Assembly: GCA_023257815.1 (NCBI GenBank)
Contig: JALRBJ010000002.1
Span: forward strand, 18,787-82,786
Source: Candidatus Saccharimonadia bacterium
GTDB lineage: Bacteria > Patescibacteriota > Saccharimonadia > Saccharimonadales > Saccharimonadaceae
Length of the DNA: 64,000 nucleotides
Direction of reading: 5' to 3'
Shown: positions 53,654 to 62,843 of the stretch, one piece after another
Position numbering within the stretch: the first letter of the stretch is position 1
Layout of the letters: every line of letters starts with the position of its first letter
Notes under the pieces: generated by a model
Databases searched by the model: none
The model's input: only the letters and a program-made list of their open reading frames with translations
Told to the model about the DNA's origin: nothing
Translations under genes and position numbers: made by a program

Positions 53654-54196
53654 TTAGCTTGCTTCCATTCTTTTAATAATACGCTGCACAGTAAGTGGCG
53701 TACGTGAAGTAATATCTTTGCCAAACTGCTTTTCAAGCCAAGTCATTAAATCAGTCGTCTTTAGGATTGTATTGTCAGTCACGGTAAACAAAACATTATC
53801 AGAATATCCTACAACTACATAGGGTTTATTAGGTGGTTGATATGGTACATCGAATATCGGTTTGGTGGGTTGCTTGAAAAATGTAACTAACAAATAGGAG
53901 CCTTCGGCATGCGTAAGATCGCTAAAAAAGTTAGTCTTCAGTACATTTTGTAATTGATCGTAACTCCGCACAATCGTTGTAGCATGAAAGCCAAGCACTT
54001 TTGGCCAAGCAGCTTCGATTTGATTTTCTAGCTTTTGTACATCACTTTCGGCTGATTCAAAAATGATATTACCACTTGATATAACGGATTGAACGTTTGT
54101 AAAGCCAAGCCCTTCTAAGACGCCCCGTAGCTTATCATTGGTTTTTCGAGGATCACCTGGCCCAATACCACGAATCAGTGCTACATATTTATTCAT
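53654..54196 (-). CDS. DUF1697 domain protein
   Basis: MNKYVALIRGIGPG...VISSGNIIFES matches the DUF1697 N-terminal signature. Confidence 0.8.
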   Translation of the reverse strand: MNKYVALIRGIGPGDPRKTNDKLRGVLEGLGFTNVQSVISSGNIIFESAESDVQKLENQIEAAWPKVLGFHATTIVRSYDQLQNVLKTNFFSDLTHAEGSYLLVTFFKQPTKPIFDVPYQPPNKPYVVVGYSDNVLFTVTDNTILKTTDLMTWLEKQFGKDITSRTPLTVQRIIKRMEAS

Positions 54197-54418
54197 ATAC
54201 TCTTAGTATACAAATGCCTCACTTATTATATTGAAATTACTCTTAATGTAATACTCTACGGAATCAAGCCGTATCTAAGAAAAATTTGTTTAAGTGCTAA
54301 AGATGCGGATGCAGCAATTAGGGTTGAAGCTGCGAGTAGACTAACCAAACGCTCAACGCTTACACTCATCCCAGCTACCTGATTACAGCAAAGTACTCAT
54401 GTTATAATCAATTTAGTC

Positions 54419-55831
54419 ATGTGGTCTGCGAAAAAAATAACTAATAAAGTAGTGATTACTATGAGCCTAGCGGTACTGGCTATAGCTGGCGCCACTTTAC
54501 ATAACTCACCAGTAAGCGCAGCTACGCCGCCAGATAATTGCTTTGATTTCAGCTCAGGAACTATCAATAATTACTATGACAACGAAGACAATAACAATGC
54601 TAATCCTGCTTGTCCAAGAAGTGTTGATATTCCAAGTACGATAGCTGGAACGCCCGTTACCACAATAGGTACTCTTGCGTTTGGCAATAGGCAACTTACG
54701 GCAGTCACTATTCCAAACACAGTGACAGACATAGATGATTTTGCCTTTCGTAATAACCAACTTACATCCATTGTTATTCCTAATTCGGTAACAAATATGA
54801 AGACTTATGCATTTGCGGATAATTTACTTACAAGTGTCACTATTCCAAATTCATTAACAGTCCTTAATCTATCGGTTTTTGAGAATAATGAGCTTACAAG
54901 TGTTAGCATTCCAAACTCCATAACAGATGTTGGCTACCAGGCTTTCAATAATAATAAGCTGACTTCACTCGTTTTGCCAGATTCAGTGACACATATTGGA
55001 GATCTTGCTTTTTCTCGTAATCAACTCACGTCGTTGACACTTAGCGATTATGTCGACACTATTGAGTCTTATGCTTTCGCATATAATCAACTGACTTCTC
55101 TTGATCTTGGCAATAATATCAGCACTATTGGATCGGGTGCTTTCGCGTACAATCAGCTTACAGATGTAATAATTCCTACGAGCGTCTCGACAATCGGAGC
55201 AAATCCTTTTCTTGCTCAAGGAGCCGATGCTGCGGAACTTTCCGTTGGTAACTACAGCTCACTCATGGACATTTACTACACTCGCCTCTATACGGCTGAC
55301 CCTTCTAATCCGGCCAACCTCCAGGATGCTCAACAGTTGTATCCAGAAAGTGGACTTGGTATTGATGTAAACAATGACGGAGATCAACTTGATGACATCT
55401 CTGTTGGAGGTCACATTGTTAACCCAGCACAAGCGACCGTGTCTTATAGAAACACAACAGGAGCCACACTTGCACCAACAGAAACGATAACTGGTACTGG
55501 TCTCAGTAATTATATGGCGAACGACAATGACACAAACAATCTATCTCGTTATTTCCGCCTCGAACAGTCTCGATCATTTACTGCGCCGACCATTGCAGGA
55601 TATAGTATCGTGACACCTTCGAGCCCATACAGCACTACTCTGACAAGCACCAACACTGCTATTAACTTTGTTTACTCAAACCCGTCAAATGATAACGTCC
55701 CGCAAGCACCAGCCACAGGAGTAAGTCGATCATCACTTCTATCAATCAGTGATTTCATAGTCTTTGCTCTTGTAGCCATAGGTTTAATAATTCTCGTCGG
55801 TAATGGTGGTTTTGCTAAAAGAACAAGATAG
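54419..55831 (+). CDS. BspA-type leucine-rich-repeat surface protein with C-terminal sorting signal
   Basis: Signal peptide, then about 8 repeats of ~23 aa (IPNSVTxIxxxAFxxNQLTSV). The C-terminus has APATG, a hydrophobic helix and KRTR. Confidence 0.75.
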   Translation: MWSAKKITNKVVITMSLAVLAIAGATLHNSPVSAATPPDNCFDFSSGTINNYYDNEDNNNANPACPRSVDIPSTIAGTPVTTIGTLAFGNRQLTAVTIPNTVTDIDDFAFRNNQLTSIVIPNSVTNMKTYAFADNLLTSVTIPNSLTVLNLSVFENNELTSVSIPNSITDVGYQAFNNNKLTSLVLPDSVTHIGDLAFSRNQLTSLTLSDYVDTIESYAFAYNQLTSLDLGNNISTIGSGAFAYNQLTDVIIPTSVSTIGANPFLAQGADAAELSVGNYSSLMDIYYTRLYTADPSNPANLQDAQQLYPESGLGIDVNNDGDQLDDISVGGHIVNPAQATVSYRNTTGATLAPTETITGTGLSNYMANDNDTNNLSRYFRLEQSRSFTAPTIAGYSIVTPSSPYSTTLTSTNTAINFVYSNPSNDNVPQAPATGVSRSSLLSISDFIVFALVAIGLIILVGNGGFAKRTR

Positions 55832-55896
55832 ACAATCGATAGCCGTAAAAGCAACAGATTTGAAAATAATCATAATTATGATAAAATATCTATACT

Positions 55897-56676
55897 ATGT
55901 CGCGAGAGGCTTTCGAAAAACAAAATTTTCCAGATTTTGTATACGACCTGCCTTTTGACTGGGGCTCACTACGAATTTCGCGCGGCATTACTGATCATGG
56001 CATCTTTGCCATTAATGTACCCCCTGAAAATGTTGGCGAGGAATTAATAAATCCAAGCTTTGCGTTTGGGGTAAGTATTGTTACCGAACACGAACTTGAA
56101 GCCGCTAAGGCTTATAAAAAGACTACTGATTTAGAGCTTGAAGTTATTGTTACCATATCCGATCAAGATATTGATAAGATGCGTGATATCGCTATCGAAG
56201 TATCAGAAGCTACAGATCAACCAACAATTGATGACAATATGACATATGAACAGGCTAAAAGACAAAAAGGATTAAATGAATTCTTACTTACACAAACACT
56301 ATCTCAGGCGAGCATAGGACTCGGCCAAGAGATTACTCGTCGAGCGTATCACCGAGCAAAACCAAATTTGCAAATTGCAAGTGTGGTAGGTGTTTCCTCT
56401 GCAAACGCAGCACTCCTAGCAATAAATGAAGCCCCTAAACTGATGGATCGCTTAATCGCGATAGGGACACCAACAGCGATAGCACTATCAGCAATGGGTT
56501 TGGTTATTAAAAACATTCGATTATCGCCACGTAAAGCTGGTGACCTTAGTGGTATTACTTACCAACTTATGCACGCACTGCACAGAGACATGTACGCTAT
56601 GCTCTCGCCAGACTTTGCTAACGATAATCTGCAGGATCTATTCAATTTACCTCCAAATCAGTCCGAAGACGACTAG
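55897..56676 (+). CDS. Hypothetical protein
   Basis: 259-aa ORF between the two surface-protein genes. One or two hydrophobic segments lie near the C-terminus. No family recognised. Confidence 0.5.
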   Translation: MSREAFEKQNFPDFVYDLPFDWGSLRISRGITDHGIFAINVPPENVGEELINPSFAFGVSIVTEHELEAAKAYKKTTDLELEVIVTISDQDIDKMRDIAIEVSEATDQPTIDDNMTYEQAKRQKGLNEFLLTQTLSQASIGLGQEITRRAYHRAKPNLQIASVVGVSSANAALLAINEAPKLMDRLIAIGTPTAIALSAMGLVIKNIRLSPRKAGDLSGITYQLMHALHRDMYAMLSPDFANDNLQDLFNLPPNQSEDD

Positions 56677-56772
56677 CCCGCCAACAGAGATAGCGAAAGG
56701 TAGCTCTATTGTAAAAGTTATGCTTTTACAATACCATGAGGTACAGAGATAAAACGCAGCATACTGTGGGGA

Positions 56773-57942
56773 ATGGCGGGAATGATAAAGATAAAATCAG
56801 TACATAAGCTAGTCTGTTTGTTGATTTTTCCTTTGTTTTTTGCTCTGTTTTCTGCTCATAATGCAATTGCTGCTCCTGGTGATATCACGGAATTTGACCT
56901 TCCAGCGGCCGGATCTCAACCATTTGGCATTACGACTGGACCAGATGGCAATCTGTGGTTTACAGAGAGTGGTGGAAATAAAGTTGGTAAGATTACAACG
57001 GGTGGAGTGATAACTGAGTTTGATGTACCAACACCAAGCTCTACACCAGGGGGTATCGCTAGGGGTTCTGATGGCAATCTGTGGTTTGTCGAAAGAACTG
57101 CAGATAAAATCGGACGAATCACAACAGCTGGCGTTGTGAGTGAGTTTGATGTACCAACACCTTCAGCACAGCTTGCCGATATTACCGCAGGACCTGATGG
57201 TAATTTATGGTTTACTGCACCAGGTACTAACAAGATCGGGAAGATTACAACGGGTGGAGTGATAACTGAGTTTGATGTACCAACACCAAGCTCAGCTCCT
57301 GCTTTTATTACTCTTGGTTCTGATGGTAATTTATGGTTTACAGAACAACTAGCGAGTAAGATCGGGAAGATTACGCCTAGTGGAGTAATCACGGAATACG
57401 ATATACCGACAACAGGCAGTATTCCTGGGGGTATCACGGCAGGACCTGATGGTAATCTGTGGTTTACAGAACAGCTTACTAACAAAATCGGCAATATTAC
57501 AACGAGTGGAGTCGTGACTGAATTTGATTTGCCAACAGCTAATTCCTTTGCAAGCGCCATTACTGTTGGTGCGGATGGAAACCTGTGGTTTACTGCACTT
57601 GGTATAAATAAAATCGGGCGAATCACCATAGCTGGCGTTGTGACTGAATTTGATGTACCAACACCAAATGCATACCCTGCTTTTATCACCTCAGGCCCCG
57701 ATGGTAATATCTGGTTCGCAGAAAGTAATGGAAATAAAATCGGGCGTCTTGAAATAGCTTCCGTCGCTCCACCAGTCACTCCTTCAAATCCAGGAGCATC
57801 AACGGTACCAAGCGCACCTTCAACTGGTTACTCGCGAAGTTCGTCAGCCAGCTGGAGCCTTGCTTTGCTACTCATCGGAAGTGCAACTATCTTGTTGATT
57901 GTCAACCTGTATCAAATTCGAAAAGCCTCACGCACGAACTAA
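56773..57942 (+). CDS. Vgb (streptogramin-lyase)-like beta-propeller repeat surface protein with C-terminal sorting signal
   Basis: Signal peptide, then seven ~42-aa repeats (GPDGNLWFTExxxNKIGKITTxGVxTEFxVPT). The C-terminus has APSTG, a hydrophobic helix and RKASRTN. Confidence 0.7.
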   Translation: MAGMIKIKSVHKLVCLLIFPLFFALFSAHNAIAAPGDITEFDLPAAGSQPFGITTGPDGNLWFTESGGNKVGKITTGGVITEFDVPTPSSTPGGIARGSDGNLWFVERTADKIGRITTAGVVSEFDVPTPSAQLADITAGPDGNLWFTAPGTNKIGKITTGGVITEFDVPTPSSAPAFITLGSDGNLWFTEQLASKIGKITPSGVITEYDIPTTGSIPGGITAGPDGNLWFTEQLTNKIGNITTSGVVTEFDLPTANSFASAITVGADGNLWFTALGINKIGRITIAGVVTEFDVPTPNAYPAFITSGPDGNIWFAESNGNKIGRLEIASVAPPVTPSNPGASTVPSAPSTGYSRSSSASWSLALLLIGSATILLIVNLYQIRKASRTN

Positions 57943-57976
57943 ATTCGATTATCCAAAAGACACATACAAGAAAAAA

Positions 57977-57999
57977 CCTCTAACTATAATAGTTAGAGG
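57977..57999. terminator. Bidirectional intrinsic terminator
   Basis: cctctaacta-taa-tagttagagg flanked by an A-run and a T-run, between the propeller gene and tRNA-Phe. Confidence 0.75.
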
Positions 58000-58007
58000 T
58001 TTTTTCT

Positions 58008-58083
58008 TGGTGGCTCCTACTGGACTTGAACCAGTGACACAAGGCTCTTCAGGCCTCTGCTCTACCAGCTGAGCTAAAGAGCC
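58008..58083 (-). tRNA. tRNA-Phe (anticodon GAA), CCA encoded
   Basis: Hand-folded: acceptor GGCTCTT/AGGAGCC, D arm GCTC/GAGC, anticodon stem GAGGC/GCCTT with loop CTGAAGA, T arm ACTGG-TTCAAGT-CCAGT, ACCA end. Confidence 0.85.
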
Positions 58084-58133
58084 ACACATTTTTCATTTGC
58101 ACAACTTATTTTATGCCGCAAGTGGGACGGCCT

Positions 58134-58183
58134 GGCCTCTGCTCTACGAATACTTGCGTTTCACGCAGGAGCTAAAGAGCCAC
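58134..58183 (-). pseudogene. Truncated, interrupted duplicate of the tRNA-Phe 5' half
   Basis: ggcctctgctctac (14 nt) and gagctaaagagccac (15 nt, including 2 nt of 5' flank) are identical to 58052-58065 and 58071-58085. In the copy they are separated by a 21-nt insert (gaatacttgcgtttcacgcag). No anticodon loop or 3' half is present. Confidence 0.6.
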
Positions 58184-58225
58184 GCTCACTCCACTATACC
58201 GTAACAGAGGCCAAATCTCAAGTAA

Positions 58226-58975
58226 CTATTTGTTAAGAACTTTAGAAACCATATTTGTAAGCTCACTCGGAACTACAATCACTGTCTTTTGGCTTGGCTC
58301 TACAGCAATCTTCTCAAGTGTCTGTAACGTACGAATATTAATACCACCAGGAACTTTTGATAGCATGCCTGCTGCATCTGCAACTGCCTGAGCTGCCTGC
58401 TTCTCACCATCAGCTGAGATCACGACTGCCCGACGCTCTCGTTCTGCCTCCGCTTGTTTTGCCATTGCTCGTTTCATATCTTGTGGTAGCTCGATATTCT
58501 GAATCTTAACGTTTTCAACATCAATGCCCCACTTATCGGTCTCGGCATCCACAATTGTTTTAATTTGTTCTGAAATCTCTTCTCGTTTAGATAGAAGTTC
58601 ATCAAGATCAGCATTACCAGCAACATCACGTAGTGCCGCTTGTGCAAATTGACTTGTAGCATACACATAGTTGGTCGTTTCAAGCACAGCCTTTGATGCT
58701 TCAATAACTCGTAAGTACACAACCGCATCAACGCCAACAGTTACGTTGTCTTTGGTGATGATTTCTTGCTTTGGTACATCAATTGGAGTTGAACGAACAT
58801 CAACACGAATGATTCTTTGGAAAATAGGAACAACGATACGAAGACCTGGTTGACGTATACCCGTAAAGCGGCCTAGTGTCAGAACAACACCACGCTCGTA
58901 TTGGTTAACAATCTTAATGCCGCTCAGTACGAGTATGACCAATCCGATAATTACATATAGTAAAAAGTATTCCAT
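58226..58975 (-). CDS. SPFH/band-7 (stomatin/slipin-like) protein
   Basis: 249-aa ORF with an N-terminal TM helix and an SPFH domain (IVNQYERGVVLTLGRF...DVRSTPIDVPKQEIITKDNV). Confidence 0.85.
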   Translation of the reverse strand: MEYFLLYVIIGLVILVLSGIKIVNQYERGVVLTLGRFTGIRQPGLRIVVPIFQRIIRVDVRSTPIDVPKQEIITKDNVTVGVDAVVYLRVIEASKAVLETTNYVYATSQFAQAALRDVAGNADLDELLSKREEISEQIKTIVDAETDKWGIDVENVKIQNIELPQDMKRAMAKQAEAERERRAVVISADGEKQAAQAVADAAGMLSKVPGGINIRTLQTLEKIAVEPSQKTVIVVPSELTNMVSKVLNK

Positions 58976-59005
58976 GTGTACCTCCCTTAGGTTACTTTAA
59001 GTATA

Positions 59006-60034
59006 TCATTGCTCCAGAGCTAAGCTAATAATCTTATCGATCAATTGTGAATACTCTATTCCTTGTTCTGCCCATAATTTAGGGAATTGGCTAATGCTCG
59101 TAAAACCTGGCAAGGTGTTGAACTCGTTAATATATAATGTGCCATCGCTTACCATAAAGAAATCAATCCGTGCCAGCCCTTTGCAGCCAAGCAGCTGATA
59201 CGCCTTGTGTGCTACTTCCTGAATCGCTACTTTTTGGTCATTGCTTATATTTGCCCGTGTGAGAACCTGGGCTTTACTATCTGAAGAATATTTGTCTTCG
59301 TAACTATAGAATTCTTCACCTGGAATAATCTCGCCAACCCCACTTTCGGCATGATATGGTGGGTTACCAAGTACCGCGACTTCGAGTTCCTGACCATCTA
59401 TAGCTTTTTCTATTAACACAGTGCTTGAGTGCTTTAAAGCTTGTATGATTGCAGGTTCAAGTTCAGATTCACTGCGCACTTTGCTAACACCAATTGAGCT
59501 ACCGGCAATCGTTGGCTTTACAAATAGGGTTTCACCTAATTTAGTTTTTAGGTTATCGTACGACGGCATAGAATCGTTGGTGTTATAAACATAGAAAGGT
59601 ACAACATTAATACTGTTTGCACTGAGCAACTGCTTAGTATACAGCTTATCCCAGCAAACGGCACTGGCACCAAGTCCTGATCCAATAACAGGTATGTGTG
59701 CCAGATTTGCGAGACCTTGTATTGAGCCGTCTTCATGCCCATTCTCACCATGCAAAATCGGCAGCAGTACATCAACATTTAACGATTGGTTGCTCTCAGG
59801 TATCGTTACGCTTGAATCACCAAGATTAACTGCTAAATGCTTACCATTGTGATTCTTAAGATCATCCTGCCACTGCTCAAATAGCCACCACTTACCGTTA
59901 CGGTCAATGTAGCATAACAAAACCGTATATTTTTCGAGATTGATCGCCCTATAGACATTGCCTGCACTCATTATAGACACATCGTGCTCGGATGATTCAC
60001 CCCCAAATATCAGTAATACTGTTTGCCGACTCAT
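59006..60034 (-). CDS. ddl: D-alanine--D-alanine ligase
   Basis: LLIFGGESSEHDVS N-terminus, ATP-grasp core, and EFNTLPGFT near the C-terminus. Start taken at MSRQTVLL (60034). Confidence 0.9.
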   Translation of the reverse strand: MSRQTVLLIFGGESSEHDVSIMSAGNVYRAINLEKYTVLLCYIDRNGKWWLFEQWQDDLKNHNGKHLAVNLGDSSVTIPESNQSLNVDVLLPILHGENGHEDGSIQGLANLAHIPVIGSGLGASAVCWDKLYTKQLLSANSINVVPFYVYNTNDSMPSYDNLKTKLGETLFVKPTIAGSSIGVSKVRSESELEPAIIQALKHSSTVLIEKAIDGQELEVAVLGNPPYHAESGVGEIIPGEEFYSYEDKYSSDSKAQVLTRANISNDQKVAIQEVAHKAYQLLGCKGLARIDFFMVSDGTLYINEFNTLPGFTSISQFPKLWAEQGIEYSQLIDKIISLALEQ

Positions 60035-60058
60035 TGTAATTCTAAGTATACTATATCT

Positions 60059-61222
60059 ATGCAGCGTATTCCTTTGGCAGAACAAATGCGACCTAAGACT
60101 CTTGATGATGTGGCTGGGCAGACACACCTACTAGACGATGACGAGATACTACGTAGAATCGTAAAACAGCAGGAACCAGTCAGTCTTATTTTATGGGGTC
60201 CACCCGGAACTGGTAAAACGACGCTCGCAAGAATCATTGCAAGTGAAGTAAATGCTGAATTTATTGAACTATCGGCTGTTACAAGCGGCAAGAAGGATGT
60301 TGAAAAAGTTATTGAGCATGCCAGACAAAACTGGAATCTACAACTTAGAACAATTCTTTTCGTTGATGAAATTCATCGATTCAATAAAGCACAACAGGAT
60401 GCTTTTCTGCCACACGTCGAATCAGGCCTTATAACGCTTATCGGTGCAACGACTGAGAATCCAAGCTTTGAAGTTATTACTCCACTACTCAGCCGTACCC
60501 GCGTTCTGGTGCTACAACCGCTCGCAAAAACCGAAATACTAACAATTTTAAAACGTGCTCTAAAAAATTTAAAAAAGGCCAAGCAAGTTACACCTAAAGC
60601 TTTGGATTACTTAGCTGAGTTATCAGGCGGCGACGCACGTGTTGCACTTGGAAACCTTGAGCTAGCACTCAGTTTTAACGAAAAGGTAACGCCTGAAATT
60701 GTTAAAGCTGCCGCCCAGAAAAAAGTTCCTGGTTATGATAAAAAAGGTGATACGCATTACGATGTTATAAGTGCATTCATCAAAAGTATGCGTGGCAGTG
60801 ATGTTACGGCCACACTTTACTATTTATCACGAATGATTGATGCCGGCGAAGATCCAAAATTCATCGCTCGTAGAATGGTAGTGTTTGCGTCAGAAGACAT
60901 TGGGCTTGCTGGTAACGGTGCCCTTGCGCTTGCTGTGGCAACATTTCAGGCCATTGAACGCGTCGGTCTACCTGAAGCAAATTACAATTTATACCACTGT
61001 GCAGCTGCACTTGCGAAAAGTGAAAAATCACGCGAAATTAGCGACTTGATGAATAACGCAAGATCACTCGCAGAACGATTCCCCGATTCGCCCGTACCAC
61101 TTCATATACGTAACGCCCCTACAAAGCTAATGAAAGACTTAGGGTACGGTAAAGATTACAAATGGCAAGCAGACTTCAAACACGATAAAGGTTTCTTGCC
61201 CGAAGCTATCAACAAAGCTTAG
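60059..61222 (+). CDS. rarA: Replication-associated recombination protein A (AAA+ ATPase)
   Basis: [17 protein letters not shown], Walker [10 protein letters not shown], Walker [12 protein letters not shown] and a MgsA C-terminal domain. Start taken at MQRIPLAE (60059). Confidence 0.9.
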   Translation: MQRIPLAEQMRPKTLDDVAGQTHLLDDDEILRRIVKQQEPVSLILWGPPGTGKTTLARIIASEVNAEFIELSAVTSGKKDVEKVIEHARQNWNLQLRTILFVDEIHRFNKAQQDAFLPHVESGLITLIGATTENPSFEVITPLLSRTRVLVLQPLAKTEILTILKRALKNLKKAKQVTPKALDYLAELSGGDARVALGNLELALSFNEKVTPEIVKAAAQKKVPGYDKKGDTHYDVISAFIKSMRGSDVTATLYYLSRMIDAGEDPKFIARRMVVFASEDIGLAGNGALALAVATFQAIERVGLPEANYNLYHCAAALAKSEKSREISDLMNNARSLAERFPDSPVPLHIRNAPTKLMKDLGYGKDYKWQADFKHDKGFLPEAINKA

Positions 61223-61223
61223 A

Positions 61224-62804
61224 CTATTTTTCGGCCAGCAGCGCCGCAAGAACACCATTCGTCCAGCCAAAACCATCTTGCAAAGGATACTCCCCACCTC
61301 CACCAATACCAGAGCCAGTTACGTCGTATTTCTCAACCAATTTATGCCTCTGAGTAAATACTTTCATGTTAGTACGAATCCAACGGTGTTTAATTTCGTT
61401 TGCAAGTTCATGATGACCGTAATTTCGTAAGCTTTCGATCGCTATCCACTGCAAAGGAGCCCAGCCGTTTGGAGCATCCCACTGCTGCTCGTTTGCAGTA
61501 AGTGTTGCCAAGAGGCCGCCTTCTTTAAGAAAATCACGTTCTAGACGCATTGCTACAGCATCAGCTTGTCGCTTGGTTGCAATTCGTACATAGAGTGGAA
61601 ATAGTGCAGCTAAACTTAATTGACCTGTAGGAGCTTGATGATGAAAGTTGTAGTCAACAAAAAAATTTTCTTGGTCGCTCCAACAATATGTCTGAATAGC
61701 ATTAGCTCTACGTGTGGCTAAATTCTGAAACTTGCGCGCCATTAATGGATTCTTAAGTAGGCGATAACTTTCGGCAATCGTAGCCTCAAGTTGATACAGA
61801 AGACAGTTCAAATCAACGGGAATAATGTCAGCTGTGTGTATTGTGCGAATATCGTTAGGATCAGTAAACCATCTAGAACTGAAATCCCAGCCAGACTCAG
61901 CACCTGCACGCAGATGCAAATAGAGTCGATCTGATTCGCGGTTAGGACTTTCATACGCCGTGGCTTTATCTTTGGTTAACGATTCTGGTCGGGGCGTCAT
62001 TTTATTATCGTAGTATCGATTAAGAATCATGCCATTTGGTAATTCAACTACGCGCGCAAACGCTCGATGCTCAGCCTTTGCAAGTTTAGAGCGTCCTTTC
62101 ATCCAGAATCGATACTCACGTTGCATATACGGTAAGTATTCAACAAATGTGCGCGTTCGACCCTTGTGTGAAGCGAGAAGTCGAACCATCTGTGAAAAAA
62201 ATGGAGGCTGTGACCTACTTAAAAAATATGTTCGATTGGCCGTTGGAATATAGCCGAACTTTCGAATCATGAAGGTATAATTTTTCATCATACCCTCAAT
62301 CATCTTCCATCGCCCATCGGCAGCTAGACCAAGCATGATAAAGTAACTATCCCAGTAAAATTGTTCACTAAATCGTCCACCTGGAACAATGTAGGAGTAG
62401 GGCAATGCAATTAACGAACCCCGACTTAAGCGATTACGACGCTCAAGTACATCCCATAAAAGATGTATGTGCTCAGTAATCGTTCGATGTGGATCAGTAG
62501 CAAAATCTTCTTTTTCTTTATGAGGCGCAAATTCATAAAAGTGACGATTAATGAACTCCCTTAAATCAAAGTCCGGGTCATCACGAACCAGCATATATTC
62601 CTGTTGAATTGACCGCATTCTTGCGCGGGGTACTAAGTCGACGAATGTCTTATCGTCGTCATACATTCGATAATCTTGAACCACCTGAAACAATTCACCT
62701 AAGCCTTCGTCGGGGCTCGTACCTACGCGAGCAAGCACACCAGTCGTCTTAACAAGCGCGGTTTTCAGTCGTTCATCTCTTGGTAGTTTGAATCGTCGAA
62801 CCAT
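61224..62804 (-). CDS. treA: Alpha,alpha-trehalase (GH37)
   Basis: Both trehalase signatures are present: PGGRFSEQFYWDSYF and QWDAPNGWAPLQ. First ATG at 62804; the tracked ORF starts at a TTG at 62843. Confidence 0.9.
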   Translation of the reverse strand: MVRRFKLPRDERLKTALVKTTGVLARVGTSPDEGLGELFQVVQDYRMYDDDKTFVDLVPRARMRSIQQEYMLVRDDPDFDLREFINRHFYEFAPHKEKEDFATDPHRTITEHIHLLWDVLERRNRLSRGSLIALPYSYIVPGGRFSEQFYWDSYFIMLGLAADGRWKMIEGMMKNYTFMIRKFGYIPTANRTYFLSRSQPPFFSQMVRLLASHKGRTRTFVEYLPYMQREYRFWMKGRSKLAKAEHRAFARVVELPNGMILNRYYDNKMTPRPESLTKDKATAYESPNRESDRLYLHLRAGAESGWDFSSRWFTDPNDIRTIHTADIIPVDLNCLLYQLEATIAESYRLLKNPLMARKFQNLATRRANAIQTYCWSDQENFFVDYNFHHQAPTGQLSLAALFPLYVRIATKRQADAVAMRLERDFLKEGGLLATLTANEQQWDAPNGWAPLQWIAIESLRNYGHHELANEIKHRWIRTNMKVFTQRHKLVEKYDVTGSGIGGGGEYPLQDGFGWTNGVLAALLAEK

Positions 62805-62843
62805 ACTACAGTCAGTATAGCTGGTTCTGGTTATGCTTCGCAA

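Noticed and set aside
56916-57779. A 287-aa antisense ORF covering the beta-propeller gene.
   Set aside because: It is the mirror image of a periodic repeat gene with biased codons. The sense strand has a signal peptide, a recognisable Vgb-type repeat and a sorting signal.
60023-60127. 5' extensions of both rarA (from 60023) and ddl (to 60127), which would overlap each other.
   Set aside because: The conserved N-termini start at 60059 (rarA) and 60034 (ddl). The extensions are mutual antisense readthrough of the 24-nt divergent spacer.
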